From positions 16,428 to 80,427 of the forward strand of contig CAJTYD010000002.1 in NCBI GenBank assembly GCA_910583775.1: 64,000 nt of DNA, written 5' to 3'. Shown one piece after another: positions 10,233 through 19,962 of this stretch. The DNA comes from an uncultured Muribaculaceae bacterium (lineage in GTDB: Bacteria; Bacteroidota; Bacteroidia; Bacteroidales; Muribaculaceae). The stretch's first letter is position 1. Every line of letters begins with the position of its first letter. The notes under the pieces are model-generated. The model was not told the origin of the DNA, did no database searches, and saw only the letters and a program-made list of their open reading frames with translations. The translations under genes were made by a program, and so were the position numbers.

Positions 10233-10301
10233 AACGATTGATTTTTATTGATTTATTAATTCTTTATTCTTTTTAAGCGAATTTTTATAAGTTCAGTTAT
10301 G

Positions 10302-11246
10302 TCAGTTCATGCTGATATTCCGGTCGAGCACATCCGACCAGTCCGACACGTTCGGGTTCAGCCCGGTACCTCCGTAGTGGGGAAGCTTGATGCCGTCGAT
10401 CACGATCTCCACATGGCGGGGATCGGCCGCATCGTGGATCTGATCCGTTACATCATAGTTATAATAATATTTGTTTGATGTATAGATCGTGAGGATATGG
10501 CGGGAAGGCGACGCCGGAGAGGGACAGTGCCCGAAGACTGTTATTTTTCCGCCAAGCTCTGTTGGACCGGCGATTCCGAGATTCAGAGGCACCGTGACGG
10601 GGCGACCCGCCGGGCTCTTAAGCGAGGGGGAATGAGACTCGGCTACTCCCGAAAGCACCGCGTAATACTCTAACTTGTCGCTGATGTTTTCCGCATTCTT
10701 TATGCTCAGGGTGTAATCTACCGTTGCGGGCGTCGGCGACAAAGTCACAGTCTGGCCGCTCGCCGCAGTTATATGAATAGAAGTCAGAGACGCAGAGCAG
10801 GTTTTGCCGGGCAAGCCTTTTATCGGCTGATCCTCTGTGCCGTCGGGACGGGGAGCCGACGGGGCGATACGGGTAAACGCCGTTTCCATCGACTCTTCGG
10901 AAGTGGTGACACAGAATTCATCGTAAGTGTCGCCCTGTTCCTGCAGGAGCCGATAGTCGCCGCCGTATGCCACACAGTCGTAATCGTCGGCCGGGATGCG
11001 GATAAGGACGCCGCCGTAATCGGCTATCTCGTAAGTGCGCGTCTCCCCTCCGTTGCGGGGAAACATCTTGACCATCATCGTGGCCGGACGGTCGGTCTCC
11101 TCCACTCCGTCCCAGTCGAAGCAGATTCGGAGATCAACCCAGTGGCTGTGGTCATAACACAGATCGCGGTGATTGCATGAGCCGGCGGCAAAAAGACAGA
11201 GAACGCCGCATATCAGGGCCGGAAGTTTTCGCAGAATCCGTTTCAT
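10302..11246 (-). CDS. DUF5119 family lipoprotein (Mfa2-like pilus anchor/assembly protein)
   Basis: 314 aa; SCNHRDLCYDH N-terminal motif, YDVTDQIH, VSDWSD end; lies between DUF3575 gene and pilin. Confidence 0.82.
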   Translation of the reverse strand: MKRILRKLPALICGVLCLFAAGSCNHRDLCYDHSHWVDLRICFDWDGVEETDRPATMMVKMFPRNGGETRTYEIADYGGVLIRIPADDYDCVAYGGDYRLLQEQGDTYDEFCVTTSEESMETAFTRIAPSAPRPDGTEDQPIKGLPGKTCSASLTSIHITAASGQTVTLSPTPATVDYTLSIKNAENISDKLEYYAVLSGVAESHSPSLKSPAGRPVTVPLNLGIAGPTELGGKITVFGHCPSPASPSRHILTIYTSNKYYYNYDVTDQIHDAADPRHVEIVIDGIKLPHYGGTGLNPNVSDWSDVLDRNISMN

Positions 11247-12424
11247 CTCACACCTCCCTTTCCTGAATTAATATTCCCGCGGCCCAAGAGCCACACAAGG
11301 CCGACCTCGAGACGCGTCGGTCCGAACCATTTGCGCTTATGATCCGAAATCCACACATCGCATTCGTCGACGGGGTGATGTTTCTTATACTTTCCCCACA
11401 TATATCCGATGCCGAGCGAGAAGTTTATATTCAGCCGGCGCGCCACAGGCAGGGAATATCCGTAAGAGACACCGACGGCATAGTTGAATTTATCGCCGAT
11501 AACGCCCTTTCGGTTTCCGAACTGAAAGTCGTAGGTAACGAGCGAGCCGTAAACGCCGACGTAATGTCCGGAAAAAGGAGAATCTGAACGGCCGTGCCCG
11601 AGCTGCCAGCGCGCCTCGATGTCACCGCCGTAGACACGCCAATAGCGATGGCGGCCGCTGTTGCTCCACCATGCATACATCCAGTCGGCAAAGAACGAGA
11701 TATGCCGTCCCAGATAAACGCCCGCGCCGATGTTGGGCACAAGCGCGGCGTCATACAATAAATTGGTGCTAAGAAACCAGGAAATTCCGGAGGCGGCCGA
11801 GGCAGATGTGCGTAACGCCCCCCCTGTCAGGGAATTATCATCATAACCAGAAGAGCTGTCAACCACTATGACAGTATCAGGCTCAGCCGCCGGCTCCCTG
11901 CCGGCGTCCGGAACGCTGTCGGCCGTCGCCACCTCCGCGACAACAGCCGCAACCGGACGGGGATAGCTTATCGTTATAGAGGCATAACGCTGAAGCGGCC
12001 AGCGGGTGCGCCCGAGATTCGGCGCGATGCCGCTCTCGACGCTTCTCACAGTAACAAGAGAATCAAGATATTCAGACAGACAGTCGAGAAGGCCCGTGGC
12101 GCGACGGCGGGCAAGCCGACGGTTGAATCCGGCTTTTCCCTCCGGGGAGGAGGAACCGTATACCTCCACATTTACAGGCGGCATACCTCTTGCGGAACGG
12201 AGGAATTCAACAATGGAATCCAACGCGGCGCGATTAGAGCTGTAATTACGTTCAACGGCAGCCGATGACTTATGAAAATACACAATACCCCTGAACAGGC
12301 TGTCGGATTTCTCCTCAGCCTGAGCGCCAAACGGCAAAGCAAGTAATACGGCAAAGACCGCCACAAACCTTAAGACTCGCCGTTCCCCATAATTAATTAA
12401 ATTCAGACTTTTAAATCTTTTCAT
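11243..12424 (-). CDS. DUF3575 outer-membrane protein with OmpA-like N-terminal domain
   Basis: 393 aa; GSSSPEG...NRRLARRRA, STNLLYDAALVPNIG, WFGPTRLEVGLVWLLG. Confidence 0.88.
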   Translation of the reverse strand: MKRFKSLNLINYGERRVLRFVAVFAVLLALPFGAQAEEKSDSLFRGIVYFHKSSAAVERNYSSNRAALDSIVEFLRSARGMPPVNVEVYGSSSPEGKAGFNRRLARRRATGLLDCLSEYLDSLVTVRSVESGIAPNLGRTRWPLQRYASITISYPRPVAAVVAEVATADSVPDAGREPAAEPDTVIVVDSSSGYDDNSLTGGALRTSASAASGISWFLSTNLLYDAALVPNIGAGVYLGRHISFFADWMYAWWSNSGRHRYWRVYGGDIEARWQLGHGRSDSPFSGHYVGVYGSLVTYDFQFGNRKGVIGDKFNYAVGVSYGYSLPVARRLNINFSLGIGYMWGKYKKHHPVDECDVWISDHKRKWFGPTRLEVGLVWLLGRGNINSGKGGVR

Positions 12425-12577
12425 AGAATATCAAGGGCAGTAAATACGTGCAATTACGCCGTAAATTTAAAATGTTTTTTGCTTATTTCAAACTATTTTA
12501 ACATGAAAATGGCCTGAAACAACAAAAAAATCACAAAAAACATCAAAATAAAAAAATCAAAGTCCGGAAAAAACTGA

Positions 12578-13417
12578 TTATCTGCTCTCCATTTCGAGAA
12601 TGAATTTCACCACCGAGTCGTCGGTGTTGGGGCCGATCACCACGTCGGCCATCTCCTTGACCTCGGGAATGGCGTTGCCCATGGCCACGGCGATGTCGGC
12701 GGCCTTAAGCATAGGGATGTCGTTGATATTGTCGCCGAAAGCGATCACTCTTTCCGCACCGCATCTCCGGGCGAGGTTTCTCACAGCGGCGGCTTTTGTA
12801 GCCACGGGCGAGAAGGCCTCGAGAATGCCGATCTCCTCGCCGTAAATGTCATGATAGAACTGCATGCGGGCGTCAACGCCCTCGCCGACACAAAGATCGT
12901 AGACAGAGCGCGTCTTCGCCGTGGGCTGCATCGAATAGAGAAGGATCACGTTCTCCGGGTCGTCGAGAATCTTCCGGGTGTCGGCCTCGGAGAGATGGAA
13001 GCGTTTGTATGAGGAATTTTTCCGCTCCTCCATAAACCGGATGGCGAGTTCCGACATTTCTCCCACATGATAGATGTCGATCATGCCGTTGACAAGAGTG
13101 TAGATATACGAAGGGCAGTCTTTTGCCGAATAGATATCGAGCAGACGCCTCACGGTGGCAGGCTCCATATACTTCACGTCTGAGTAGACGTTTTCGCGGG
13201 GTGTCCATAGGGCCGCTCCGGTCATGACAATGGCCGGGAGGCGCATCTCCACATTCTCGAGAATCGAAGATACCGTCGCGGGAGTGCGGGCGGTGGCGAC
13301 CGTGAAAAGGGTTCCCGACTCCACGAGCCGGTTGATTGACGACACGGCGAATTCCGAAAGACGCGCGTCGGGCTGCATCAGAGTGCCGTCGAGATCGCTT
13401 ACATATAGATTTCTCAT
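12578..13417 (-). CDS. Cof-type HAD-IIB hydrolase
   Basis: SDLDGTL, VATAR, AFGDNINDIPML motifs. Confidence 0.93.
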   Translation of the reverse strand: MRNLYVSDLDGTLMQPDARLSEFAVSSINRLVESGTLFTVATARTPATVSSILENVEMRLPAIVMTGAALWTPRENVYSDVKYMEPATVRRLLDIYSAKDCPSYIYTLVNGMIDIYHVGEMSELAIRFMEERKNSSYKRFHLSEADTRKILDDPENVILLYSMQPTAKTRSVYDLCVGEGVDARMQFYHDIYGEEIGILEAFSPVATKAAAVRNLARRCGAERVIAFGDNINDIPMLKAADIAVAMGNAIPEVKEMADVVIGPNTDDSVVKFILEMESR

Positions 13418-13806
13418 TTGCGTGAAGAGGTCTTTATTTCCACATATTCGGCATCGGAGACCTGCTCCTCGCGATAGACGCGCCGGTTCTTTCCCGTTTC
13501 CTCTTCGGCTATGACCTCATCGGAAGAAAATTCGCGGATTTCCGTGAAGGCGACATCCTCGGCATATTCCTTCATCGCCCTGACGCCGTCGCCGGGATCT
13601 CCGGGCGAGCCGTGGCGGCGCGAACCGTTCTGTCGCTGTTGCTGCTGCTGCTGTCGGCGGCGTCGTTTCTCCTCCTTTCTCGAGGGCATTCCCGCCATAC
13701 GGCGCACCATGTCTTCGGCACGACGGGCCATGAAGCGCTGCAGCAGCCTGACGATCGCCGGCCAGAAAGCGCATATAAGTATAATTATTATTAATGCTAC
13801 TCCCAT
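13414..13806 (-). CDS. Small membrane-anchored hypothetical protein (DUF4834-like)
   Basis: N-terminal TM helix; KEYAEDVAFTEI and VSDAEYVEIK motifs; overlaps the HAD start by 4 bp. Confidence 0.7.
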   Translation of the reverse strand: MGVALIIIILICAFWPAIVRLLQRFMARRAEDMVRRMAGMPSRKEEKRRRRQQQQQQRQNGSRRHGSPGDPGDGVRAMKEYAEDVAFTEIREFSSDEVIAEEETGKNRRVYREEQVSDAEYVEIKTSSRK

Positions 13807-13838
13807 TTCAGATGTAAGCCATTATTTTTGAAATAAAA

Positions 13839-13952
13839 GTTTAAGGTTAAGGTTTAGATGTTACTTGTCGCGTTCGGTATAATGTAAAATGGTATTTTCT
13901 AAACCATAAACCTAAACTATAAACCTGAGCCATAAACCCGAACCGTAAACCG
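13839..13952. repeat. Dispersed palindromic element copy B (inverted)
   Basis: ggtttagatgttact-N23-atggtattttctaaacc followed by taaacc-type repeats. Confidence 0.8.
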
Positions 13953-13954
13953 AT

Positions 13955-14656
13955 TTATTTGCCGGAGGCGAAAAGGCCGTAGCAGACGTATGCCACGATT
14001 AGCCACATCAGGCCGGGGACTCCCATGCATAACACGAGCACCGGCGCGGTCACTATCAGCAGCCAGCGCCATTGGTTCCCTTTCCAGCCGTAAGTCTTGA
14101 ATTTCAGAGAGAAGAACTTCAGCGGAGAAACCATGAGCCAGCTTTCAAAAAGAAGTATAGGCAGGAACCAGTACCACTGCGCCGGCGCGCCGGCGCCTCC
14201 GAGAAGCATCGCCGAGTAACCGATCCAGAAGATGGCGTTTGCCGGAACGGGAAGGCCGATGAAGGAAGTGGTCTGACGGGTGTCGATGTTGAATTTCGCC
14301 AGGCGCAACACCGCCGCCACAGGGATAACCACCGCCAGCCAGCGCGTCCATTCCTGAGCGCCGCATTCGGTCATGGAGAAAAAGAGAAGTATCGCAGGCG
14401 CCACCCCGAAGCTGACGGCGTCGCAGAGCGAGTCGAGCTCTTTCCCCATATTGGAATAGGCGTGAAGCATCCGGGCGCAGAAGCCGTCGAGAAAATCCAT
14501 CACAGCGGCGAGCCCGATGAATATGTATGTCCACTCGAATCCCGTCAGTCCCCACATCGGCTGCGACCCGCGGGAGGCGCTGACGATGGCCAGCGTTCCG
14601 CACGCCACGTTGAGGCAGGTGACGGTGTTCGGGATATTTCTAATAATCACGTTCAT
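13955..14656 (-). CDS. pssA: CDP-diacylglycerol--serine O-phosphatidyltransferase
   Basis: CDP-alcohol phosphotransferase motif DFLDGFCARML...GKELDSLCDAVSFGVAP; RLAKFN; downstream of psd. Confidence 0.92.
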   Translation of the reverse strand: MNVIIRNIPNTVTCLNVACGTLAIVSASRGSQPMWGLTGFEWTYIFIGLAAVMDFLDGFCARMLHAYSNMGKELDSLCDAVSFGVAPAILLFFSMTECGAQEWTRWLAVVIPVAAVLRLAKFNIDTRQTTSFIGLPVPANAIFWIGYSAMLLGGAGAPAQWYWFLPILLFESWLMVSPLKFFSLKFKTYGWKGNQWRWLLIVTAPVLVLCMGVPGLMWLIVAYVCYGLFASGK

Positions 14657-14673
14657 GTCTTAGCGTGTGTTTC

Positions 14674-15348
14674 TTATTTTAGCAATGCGAGGGGGGTGAT
14701 TCCACCTCGTGTCAGATCTCCGATCCTGACGAGCACCTCGCTGGTGACAGGGACGTAGATGTCTACCCTCGAGCCGAACTTGATGAAGCCTAAGTGATAG
14801 TCGATCGAGGCGCTGTCGCCGCGGCGCGCATATGTCACGATCCTCCGCGCCATGGCTCCAGCGATCTGACGGACCGTGATGCGGAAGCCGCCGTCGGTGG
14901 CGATGCCGATCGTCGAACGCTCGTTTTCCACGCTCGCCTTCGGAAGATAGGCCGAAAGGAAACGGCCGCGGTGATGCTTCACGTATTCCACCGTTCCGTC
15001 TACCGGAAACCAGTTGGCATGCACGTTCAGAGGCGACATGAAGACCGAGATCATTATGCTCTCCCCTTTCAGGTATTCATCCTCATAGACATGTTCCACA
15101 GCCACCACCCGGCCGTCGGCCGAGCTGATCACATGGTCTGCCCGTTCGCCTCGATAATGCCTCACCGGACACCGGAAGAAGTTGAACACAAAGAGATAGA
15201 CCGTGAGCGATATGGCCGAAAACACCGCGGGGATTGCTACAGGCGGCATGAACAGCCATACGGGCACGTTGAGCGCTACCAATACTATGAACAATAATAT
15301 CAGTATATTGGTTCCTTCCCGATGGATCTTTACTCTGTGGATTCTCAC
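14674..15348 (-). CDS. psd: Phosphatidylserine decarboxylase proenzyme
   Basis: FFRCP, SADGRV, SVFMSPLNVHAN, ENER, GFIKFGSRVD self-cleavage motif; GTG start. Confidence 0.95.
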   Translation of the reverse strand: MRIHRVKIHREGTNILILLFIVLVALNVPVWLFMPPVAIPAVFSAISLTVYLFVFNFFRCPVRHYRGERADHVISSADGRVVAVEHVYEDEYLKGESIMISVFMSPLNVHANWFPVDGTVEYVKHHRGRFLSAYLPKASVENERSTIGIATDGGFRITVRQIAGAMARRIVTYARRGDSASIDYHLGFIKFGSRVDIYVPVTSEVLVRIGDLTRGGITPLALLK

Positions 15349-15790
15349 TGTCTTTTATATTGAGGCAGACAACATGTCCAGGGATGTCTCATCCTCGTCT
15401 GCGCGAACGGATAATCGGATGGATAGATGCTATCTTGCATAATTTGCAAAATTACACCTTTTTCATTAATTTTGCAATATAAGAGTAAGTTTGAATCGAG
15501 CTGATTTTTACTTTTAGAGTTTTTTATGAAGGATCAGGCGCCATTACTCGCTCTTATAAAGACCCTTAGATCATATAACGATTTAATTCACGATAATTTC
15601 GACCTGCCCCCGGCAGAAGCGACCTTCATGATTGCCCCTACCTCCGACGAGCCGGAATTTGTTTTATACCGACCTAATTTTCAATAGATAAAGTATAATA
15701 ATACCCAAACTAACTTAAAATATGTTTCAACAGGCAAGACTCTCGGCTCGAACTTTGTCTCTCCGACCCCTTGCCACAATCTGATTTTTT

Positions 15791-16804
15791 ATGCCCAAAT
15801 TTGTAGACAAAGCATATCAGAAAATGCAGCCTATCTCGAAGCCGCTTTACTGGATTTTGCTCGTCCTGATGTTTTTTCCCTTCAACGCTCTTTTCGGAGT
15901 AGAGGTCATCACCCCGGCCACGGCTCTCTTCATGGGACTCGTTTTCGCCATCGTCTTCGGAATCCCCTATCCGAAATTCAATAAGAAACTTTCCAAATAC
16001 CTGCTTCAGGGTTCCGTCGTGGGCCTCGGATTCGGAATGAATCTTCAGAAAAGCCTCCAGTCGGGCGCCGACGGCATGCTCTTCACCATCGTCTCGGTGA
16101 TCGGAGTGATGGTGATCGGTATCCTTTTAGGGCGCTGGCTCAAGATCGGCGAGAAGGCGTCTTATCTCATCTCGGCCGGCACGGCGATCTGCGGCGGCAG
16201 CGCGATCGCGGCCGTGGGAGGAGTGATGAAGGCCAATGAAAAGAACATGGCCGTGTCGCTCGGCGTCATATTCATCCTCAACGCCGTGGCCCTCTTTATC
16301 TTTCCCCCTCTGGGAGAACTTTTCAACATGAGCCAGGAGCAGTTCGGAACCTGGGCCGCCATCGCCATCCACGACACAAGCTCGGTGGTGGGAGCCGGCG
16401 CCGCTTACGGCACCGAGGCCTGCGAGCTCGCCACGCTCATCAAGTGTACGCGCGCCCTCTGGATAATTCCTCTCGCCTTCTTCACCATCTGGTATTTCCG
16501 TAAGGACCAGAAGGGCGAGGGGAAGGCCAAAGTCTCGATTCCCTGGTTCATCCTCCTCTTCGTGGTGGCAATGGTGATCAACACCTACACTCCGGCCTCG
16601 GCAGCAGGCTTCATGACTCCGGTCTATACAGCAATCGTGGCCATCGCCAAGCAGGCTCTCGTGGCCGTGCTCTTCGCCATCGGAGCAAGCCTCAGCATCG
16701 GCGTGATCCGCGAAGTAGGCGTCAAGCCTCTTCTACAGGCGATCATCCTCTGGATCGTGATCGGCGTCTCGAGCCTCGTAGTGGTCCTCGAGACAATCGA
16801 CTAA
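15791..16804 (+). CDS. YeiH family putative sulfate exporter
   Basis: Polytopic membrane protein; GTAICGGSAIAA and AIHDTSSVVGA motifs. Confidence 0.9.
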   Translation: MPKFVDKAYQKMQPISKPLYWILLVLMFFPFNALFGVEVITPATALFMGLVFAIVFGIPYPKFNKKLSKYLLQGSVVGLGFGMNLQKSLQSGADGMLFTIVSVIGVMVIGILLGRWLKIGEKASYLISAGTAICGGSAIAAVGGVMKANEKNMAVSLGVIFILNAVALFIFPPLGELFNMSQEQFGTWAAIAIHDTSSVVGAGAAYGTEACELATLIKCTRALWIIPLAFFTIWYFRKDQKGEGKAKVSIPWFILLFVVAMVINTYTPASAAGFMTPVYTAIVAIAKQALVAVLFAIGASLSIGVIREVGVKPLLQAIILWIVIGVSSLVVVLETID

Positions 16805-16828
16805 GCCCCGTTCCCCTGTTTAAACGAT

Positions 16829-16886
16829 ATTTTTTCGGGGCGACAGACAAAAATTGAAAAATTGTCTGCCGCCCCGAAATTTTTTT
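16829..16886 (+). terminator. Hairpin terminator
   Basis: tttcggggcgacagacaa...ttgtctgccgccccgaaa followed by a T run. Confidence 0.7.
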
Positions 16887-17014
16887 ACAATTCTTAATAA
16901 TATTTTCCACCTGCAATCGTTACATTGTATATAAGCATTATGTAAGCTCGTACTCGTATAAGCGAATGTATCTTCTTTTCACAAAATTTTACACCTGACT
17001 ATCTTTTACGCTTA

Positions 17015-17974
17015 ATGAACCCGATGAATTCAATTCAAATCACGACCAAAGCCGCGAATCCCCCTACGGCATGGCTCGCCGTGGCTTCGGTGATGGGCGG
17101 AAACGCCGCTGCGGCGTCACACGGAAATTTCGAGGTGCTCCCCGCGGTGTTTTGCCTTATATTCGCGATTTTCGGATTATTCGCGTTTAATCTCACACAC
17201 CGATATTACGACAACAAGCACAACTACGGCGAGAACAATGACGACAAGCTTGGAACGACGGATGAGTTAGGCAATCCGATAGGATATGTGCTGCTGGAAG
17301 GGATTAAGGTCACTTCCATAATCGCGCTCACTGCCGGAATAGCCATCCTCGCCCTCGCCGGCTGGTGGACCCTTGGCATCGCGGCGGTCATGGCAGCCAT
17401 TGTGTTTATATGCAATAAGAAATTCCATCCTTTCAGCCGCAATCCGCTTTATTTTCTCATCACTTTTCTGGTGTTCGGTCCTATCGGCGTGATCGGAACC
17501 GAGCTCGTGCAGTCGGAACGCTATTCCGATACGCTTTTCAACTGGTGGGATGTAGAGCCGGCTCTCTTCATGAGCGTGATAATGGGATGCATGGCGGCGA
17601 ACTGCCATATCCTTTTCTCGCTCCGACATATCGGAAACGACAAAAAGAATTCGAAAAAGACTTTCGCCACCCTCTTCGGCAAGAAAGGGGTGATAGCTCT
17701 GACGGTCTTCAACACCGTCGCCTACATCACAGCCGGCGTAATGGCCCCCATCAAGGTCAACACCGACACCTGGGTCTATTACATGCCCATTCCCGCGATC
17801 TCGCTCCTGATAAGCATCTATGTAATCATAAGGATGATGAAGGGAGAATATAAAGGCACGCTCTGGTGGTCGATATTCAATATGGTGTTTTATGCCGTAT
17901 CGGCATTTATTATGCTGATGCTTATCGGATTCCCTCATTACACGGGCGACACGCTCGTCTGGTTCGGACATTGA
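17015..17974 (+). CDS. UbiA/MenA-like prenyltransferase family membrane protein (divergent)
   Basis: Multiple TM helices; NLTHRYYDNKH and LRHIGNDKKNSKKTFATLFG resemble MenA motifs but the Asp residues are partly lost. Confidence 0.65.
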   Translation: MNPMNSIQITTKAANPPTAWLAVASVMGGNAAAASHGNFEVLPAVFCLIFAIFGLFAFNLTHRYYDNKHNYGENNDDKLGTTDELGNPIGYVLLEGIKVTSIIALTAGIAILALAGWWTLGIAAVMAAIVFICNKKFHPFSRNPLYFLITFLVFGPIGVIGTELVQSERYSDTLFNWWDVEPALFMSVIMGCMAANCHILFSLRHIGNDKKNSKKTFATLFGKKGVIALTVFNTVAYITAGVMAPIKVNTDTWVYYMPIPAISLLISIYVIIRMMKGEYKGTLWWSIFNMVFYAVSAFIMLMLIGFPHYTGDTLVWFGH

Positions 17975-18047
17975 CAGGGGTTTGGCTCAGAATGTAAAAA
18001 ATTCAGGTGGAATGTAATAATTATTTTGCTAATTAAAGGATTTTTTC

Positions 18048-18055
18048 TAACTTTG
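18048..18055 (+). promoter_or_regulatory. Bacteroidetes -7 promoter element for the tRNA
   Basis: TAACTTTG matches TAnnTTTG, 17 nt before the tRNA. Confidence 0.7.
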
Positions 18056-18072
18056 CAGTCGCAAAGCAAAAT

Positions 18073-18146
18073 CGGGGTGTAGCACAGTTGGTTAGCGCGC
18101 TACGTTCGGGACGTAGAGGTCGGGCGTTCGAGTCGCCTCACCCCGA
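18073..18146 (+). tRNA. tRNA-Pro (CGG)
   Basis: Acceptor stem CGGGGTG/CACCCCG, anticodon arm CTACG-TTCGGGA-CGTAG, T arm GGGCG-TTCGAGT-CGCCT; followed by hairpin + T run. Confidence 0.96.
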
Positions 18147-18198
18147 CAGAAAAGGCAGAGATCTTTCGGTCTCCGCTTTTTTGTTTTTTTGAAGCCTC

Positions 18199-18420
18199 TT
18201 AAAAGCTCCTAACGCCCTTAAGGACCTTAACGGCTTTAAGGACTTTAAGGACCCTAACGGCTTTAAGGACTTTAAGGACCCTAACGGCTTTAACGACTTT
18301 AAGGACCCTAACGGCTTTAACGACTTTAAGGACCCTAACGGCTTTAACGGCTTTAAGGACCTTAAGGGCTTTAAAGTCTTTAAGGGCCTTAAGATCCTTA
18401 TCATCATCTAAGATCCTTAT
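18199..18420. repeat. 9-bp tandem repeat array with 27-bp higher-order period
   Basis: Units ttaaggact / ttaaggacc / ctaacggct repeated for about 220 bp. Confidence 0.9.
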
Positions 18421-18431
18421 CAACATCGTCA

Positions 18432-19268
18432 TCATCTCGGCCGAATGGCAGTTATCTCTTCAAAGAGCCTCCAGCCGGGAGCCGAGACGTAGCGTTCAAG
18501 CGAGGCGGCCGGAACAAAAAGGCGGCATTGCTCATAGAGGCCTGTTTCGTCGGGCTCGAAGATGAAGCTGTCGCAGTCAAACCTTGGAGGGATGGCAGAA
18601 TTCACCGTGAGTTCTCTCAGATTGCGGCAGCCGCTGAATATCAGCTCGCCGAGCAACGAATTGTTGGCCGGGAGTTCCGCTCTCTCAAGGCTTACGCATT
18701 CCGAAAAGGCATAAGATTCAAGCTCTGTTACGCTCGCCGGCACCTTCACTTCCCTCAGGGATCCGCAAAAGCTGAAAACATTGCTCCCGATATGCTTCAC
18801 GCGCCGGGGAATCGTTATCTCCCGAAGCTTCCCGCAATATGCGAACGCATGGCTCCCTATATCTTCAAGACCCGCGGGAAGAACAACGGTCTGCAGCGAC
18901 GCGTTCCACTGGCAGAAGCTCCTTGGCAACGCCTTGACCGATTCCGGAACCGACACACTTTCCAGCGAGATGCATTCTCTGAAACATCCCTCTCCGAGTT
19001 TGCACACCCCCTGCGGCAGCCTGACGCTCCTCAGGTCAGAACAGCCTAAGAAGGCATATTCCCCTATTGTGCGGAGCCTCACGGGAGCCTCGAAGCGGAT
19101 CTGCCGGAAATCGCTTCTGTCCTGGAAAGCGTATGCGGGGATATCCGTCACGTTTCCGCTGATCACCAAAACGGAATCGCACACGCTCCATCTCTCCGCG
19201 CCGAAGCCCGTAGAAACGGATATCAGGATGAACATTAACAGGAAAATGGTTCGCATGGAGGCAGTCAT
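18432..19268 (-). CDS. BspA-type leucine-rich-repeat surface protein
   Basis: Signal peptide plus repeated IGxxAFxxCxxLxxVxLP units. Confidence 0.9.
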   Translation of the reverse strand: MTASMRTIFLLMFILISVSTGFGAERWSVCDSVLVISGNVTDIPAYAFQDRSDFRQIRFEAPVRLRTIGEYAFLGCSDLRSVRLPQGVCKLGEGCFRECISLESVSVPESVKALPRSFCQWNASLQTVVLPAGLEDIGSHAFAYCGKLREITIPRRVKHIGSNVFSFCGSLREVKVPASVTELESYAFSECVSLERAELPANNSLLGELIFSGCRNLRELTVNSAIPPRFDCDSFIFEPDETGLYEQCRLFVPAASLERYVSAPGWRLFEEITAIRPR

Positions 19269-19309
19269 TATGGATTATCAGAAGCGGGATGGATTATCAG
19301 AAACGGCTC

Positions 19310-19897
19310 TTATTCACCCCTCACGATCTCCGGGAGATATTCGGGAGGCAGAATCTTCCTCGGGTCGACGGAATCGACTCTTTCCACGAGGATCTTCTCG
19401 GATCCGCGCCAGGGCAGAGTGCCGTAATATTTCTTATAGATCACACGCACCGGCAGGTTTGCGAACTGCATCCTCCGGAGCTGGGCGGCAACCTTGGCGT
19501 CGGTGACGGAAAAAGAGAAATCCTGTTTATAGACGCGTGTGGAGTCCATAAGTTCCTTGTAGGGGAGAATCACCCCTTCGTAGGTCTTGAAGACCATTCC
19601 CTGCCTGTCGATCTTCTCGACGTAGCCGTATTGCACCGCCTCCTCGACGCAGGGAGAGAAATAACGCAGATAGACCGTGAGGATAAGGCCGAGCGCTATT
19701 CCCGCGCATGCCACCCATAGCCATAAAACCCATTTGCGTCGTGGCTTAAGATGTTCGAATTCCGACTCCTCCCTGTCCCAGTAGCGGGGATCATCGGGCT
19801 GCAATGTCGGTTCTTTCGGTTTCTTCACCGGCTCCGGAATATCCGGGCCGTCAAAAAAATCGTTTTTCAAATTCTCCTCATCTTCATTTATTCTCAT
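19310..19897 (-). CDS. Conserved single-TM hypothetical protein
   Basis: 195 aa, one TM helix, GMVFKTYEG motif. Confidence 0.75.
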   Translation of the reverse strand: MRINEDEENLKNDFFDGPDIPEPVKKPKEPTLQPDDPRYWDREESEFEHLKPRRKWVLWLWVACAGIALGLILTVYLRYFSPCVEEAVQYGYVEKIDRQGMVFKTYEGVILPYKELMDSTRVYKQDFSFSVTDAKVAAQLRRMQFANLPVRVIYKKYYGTLPWRGSEKILVERVDSVDPRKILPPEYLPEIVRGE

Positions 19898-19962
19898 GTT
19901 CGAATGGATTTTTGCAAGAAAGACGTTCTATAATCATTTATAGGGTTGCCCGCATTTGATCC

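Noticed and set aside
18073..18146. tRNA-Pro as the integration site of the phage-like module
   Set aside because: It is 13 kb away with housekeeping genes in between. I saw no duplicated tRNA 3' end and no integrase.
18138..18435. ORFs made of LKPLGS/KVLKAV repeats, and a possible CRISPR array
   Set aside because: They are translations of a 9-bp tandem repeat. There are no unique spacers and no cas genes.
19270..19302. Duplicated atggattatcagaa (19-bp period) upstream of the LRR gene
   Set aside because: It is a single short local duplication with no other copies or evident function.
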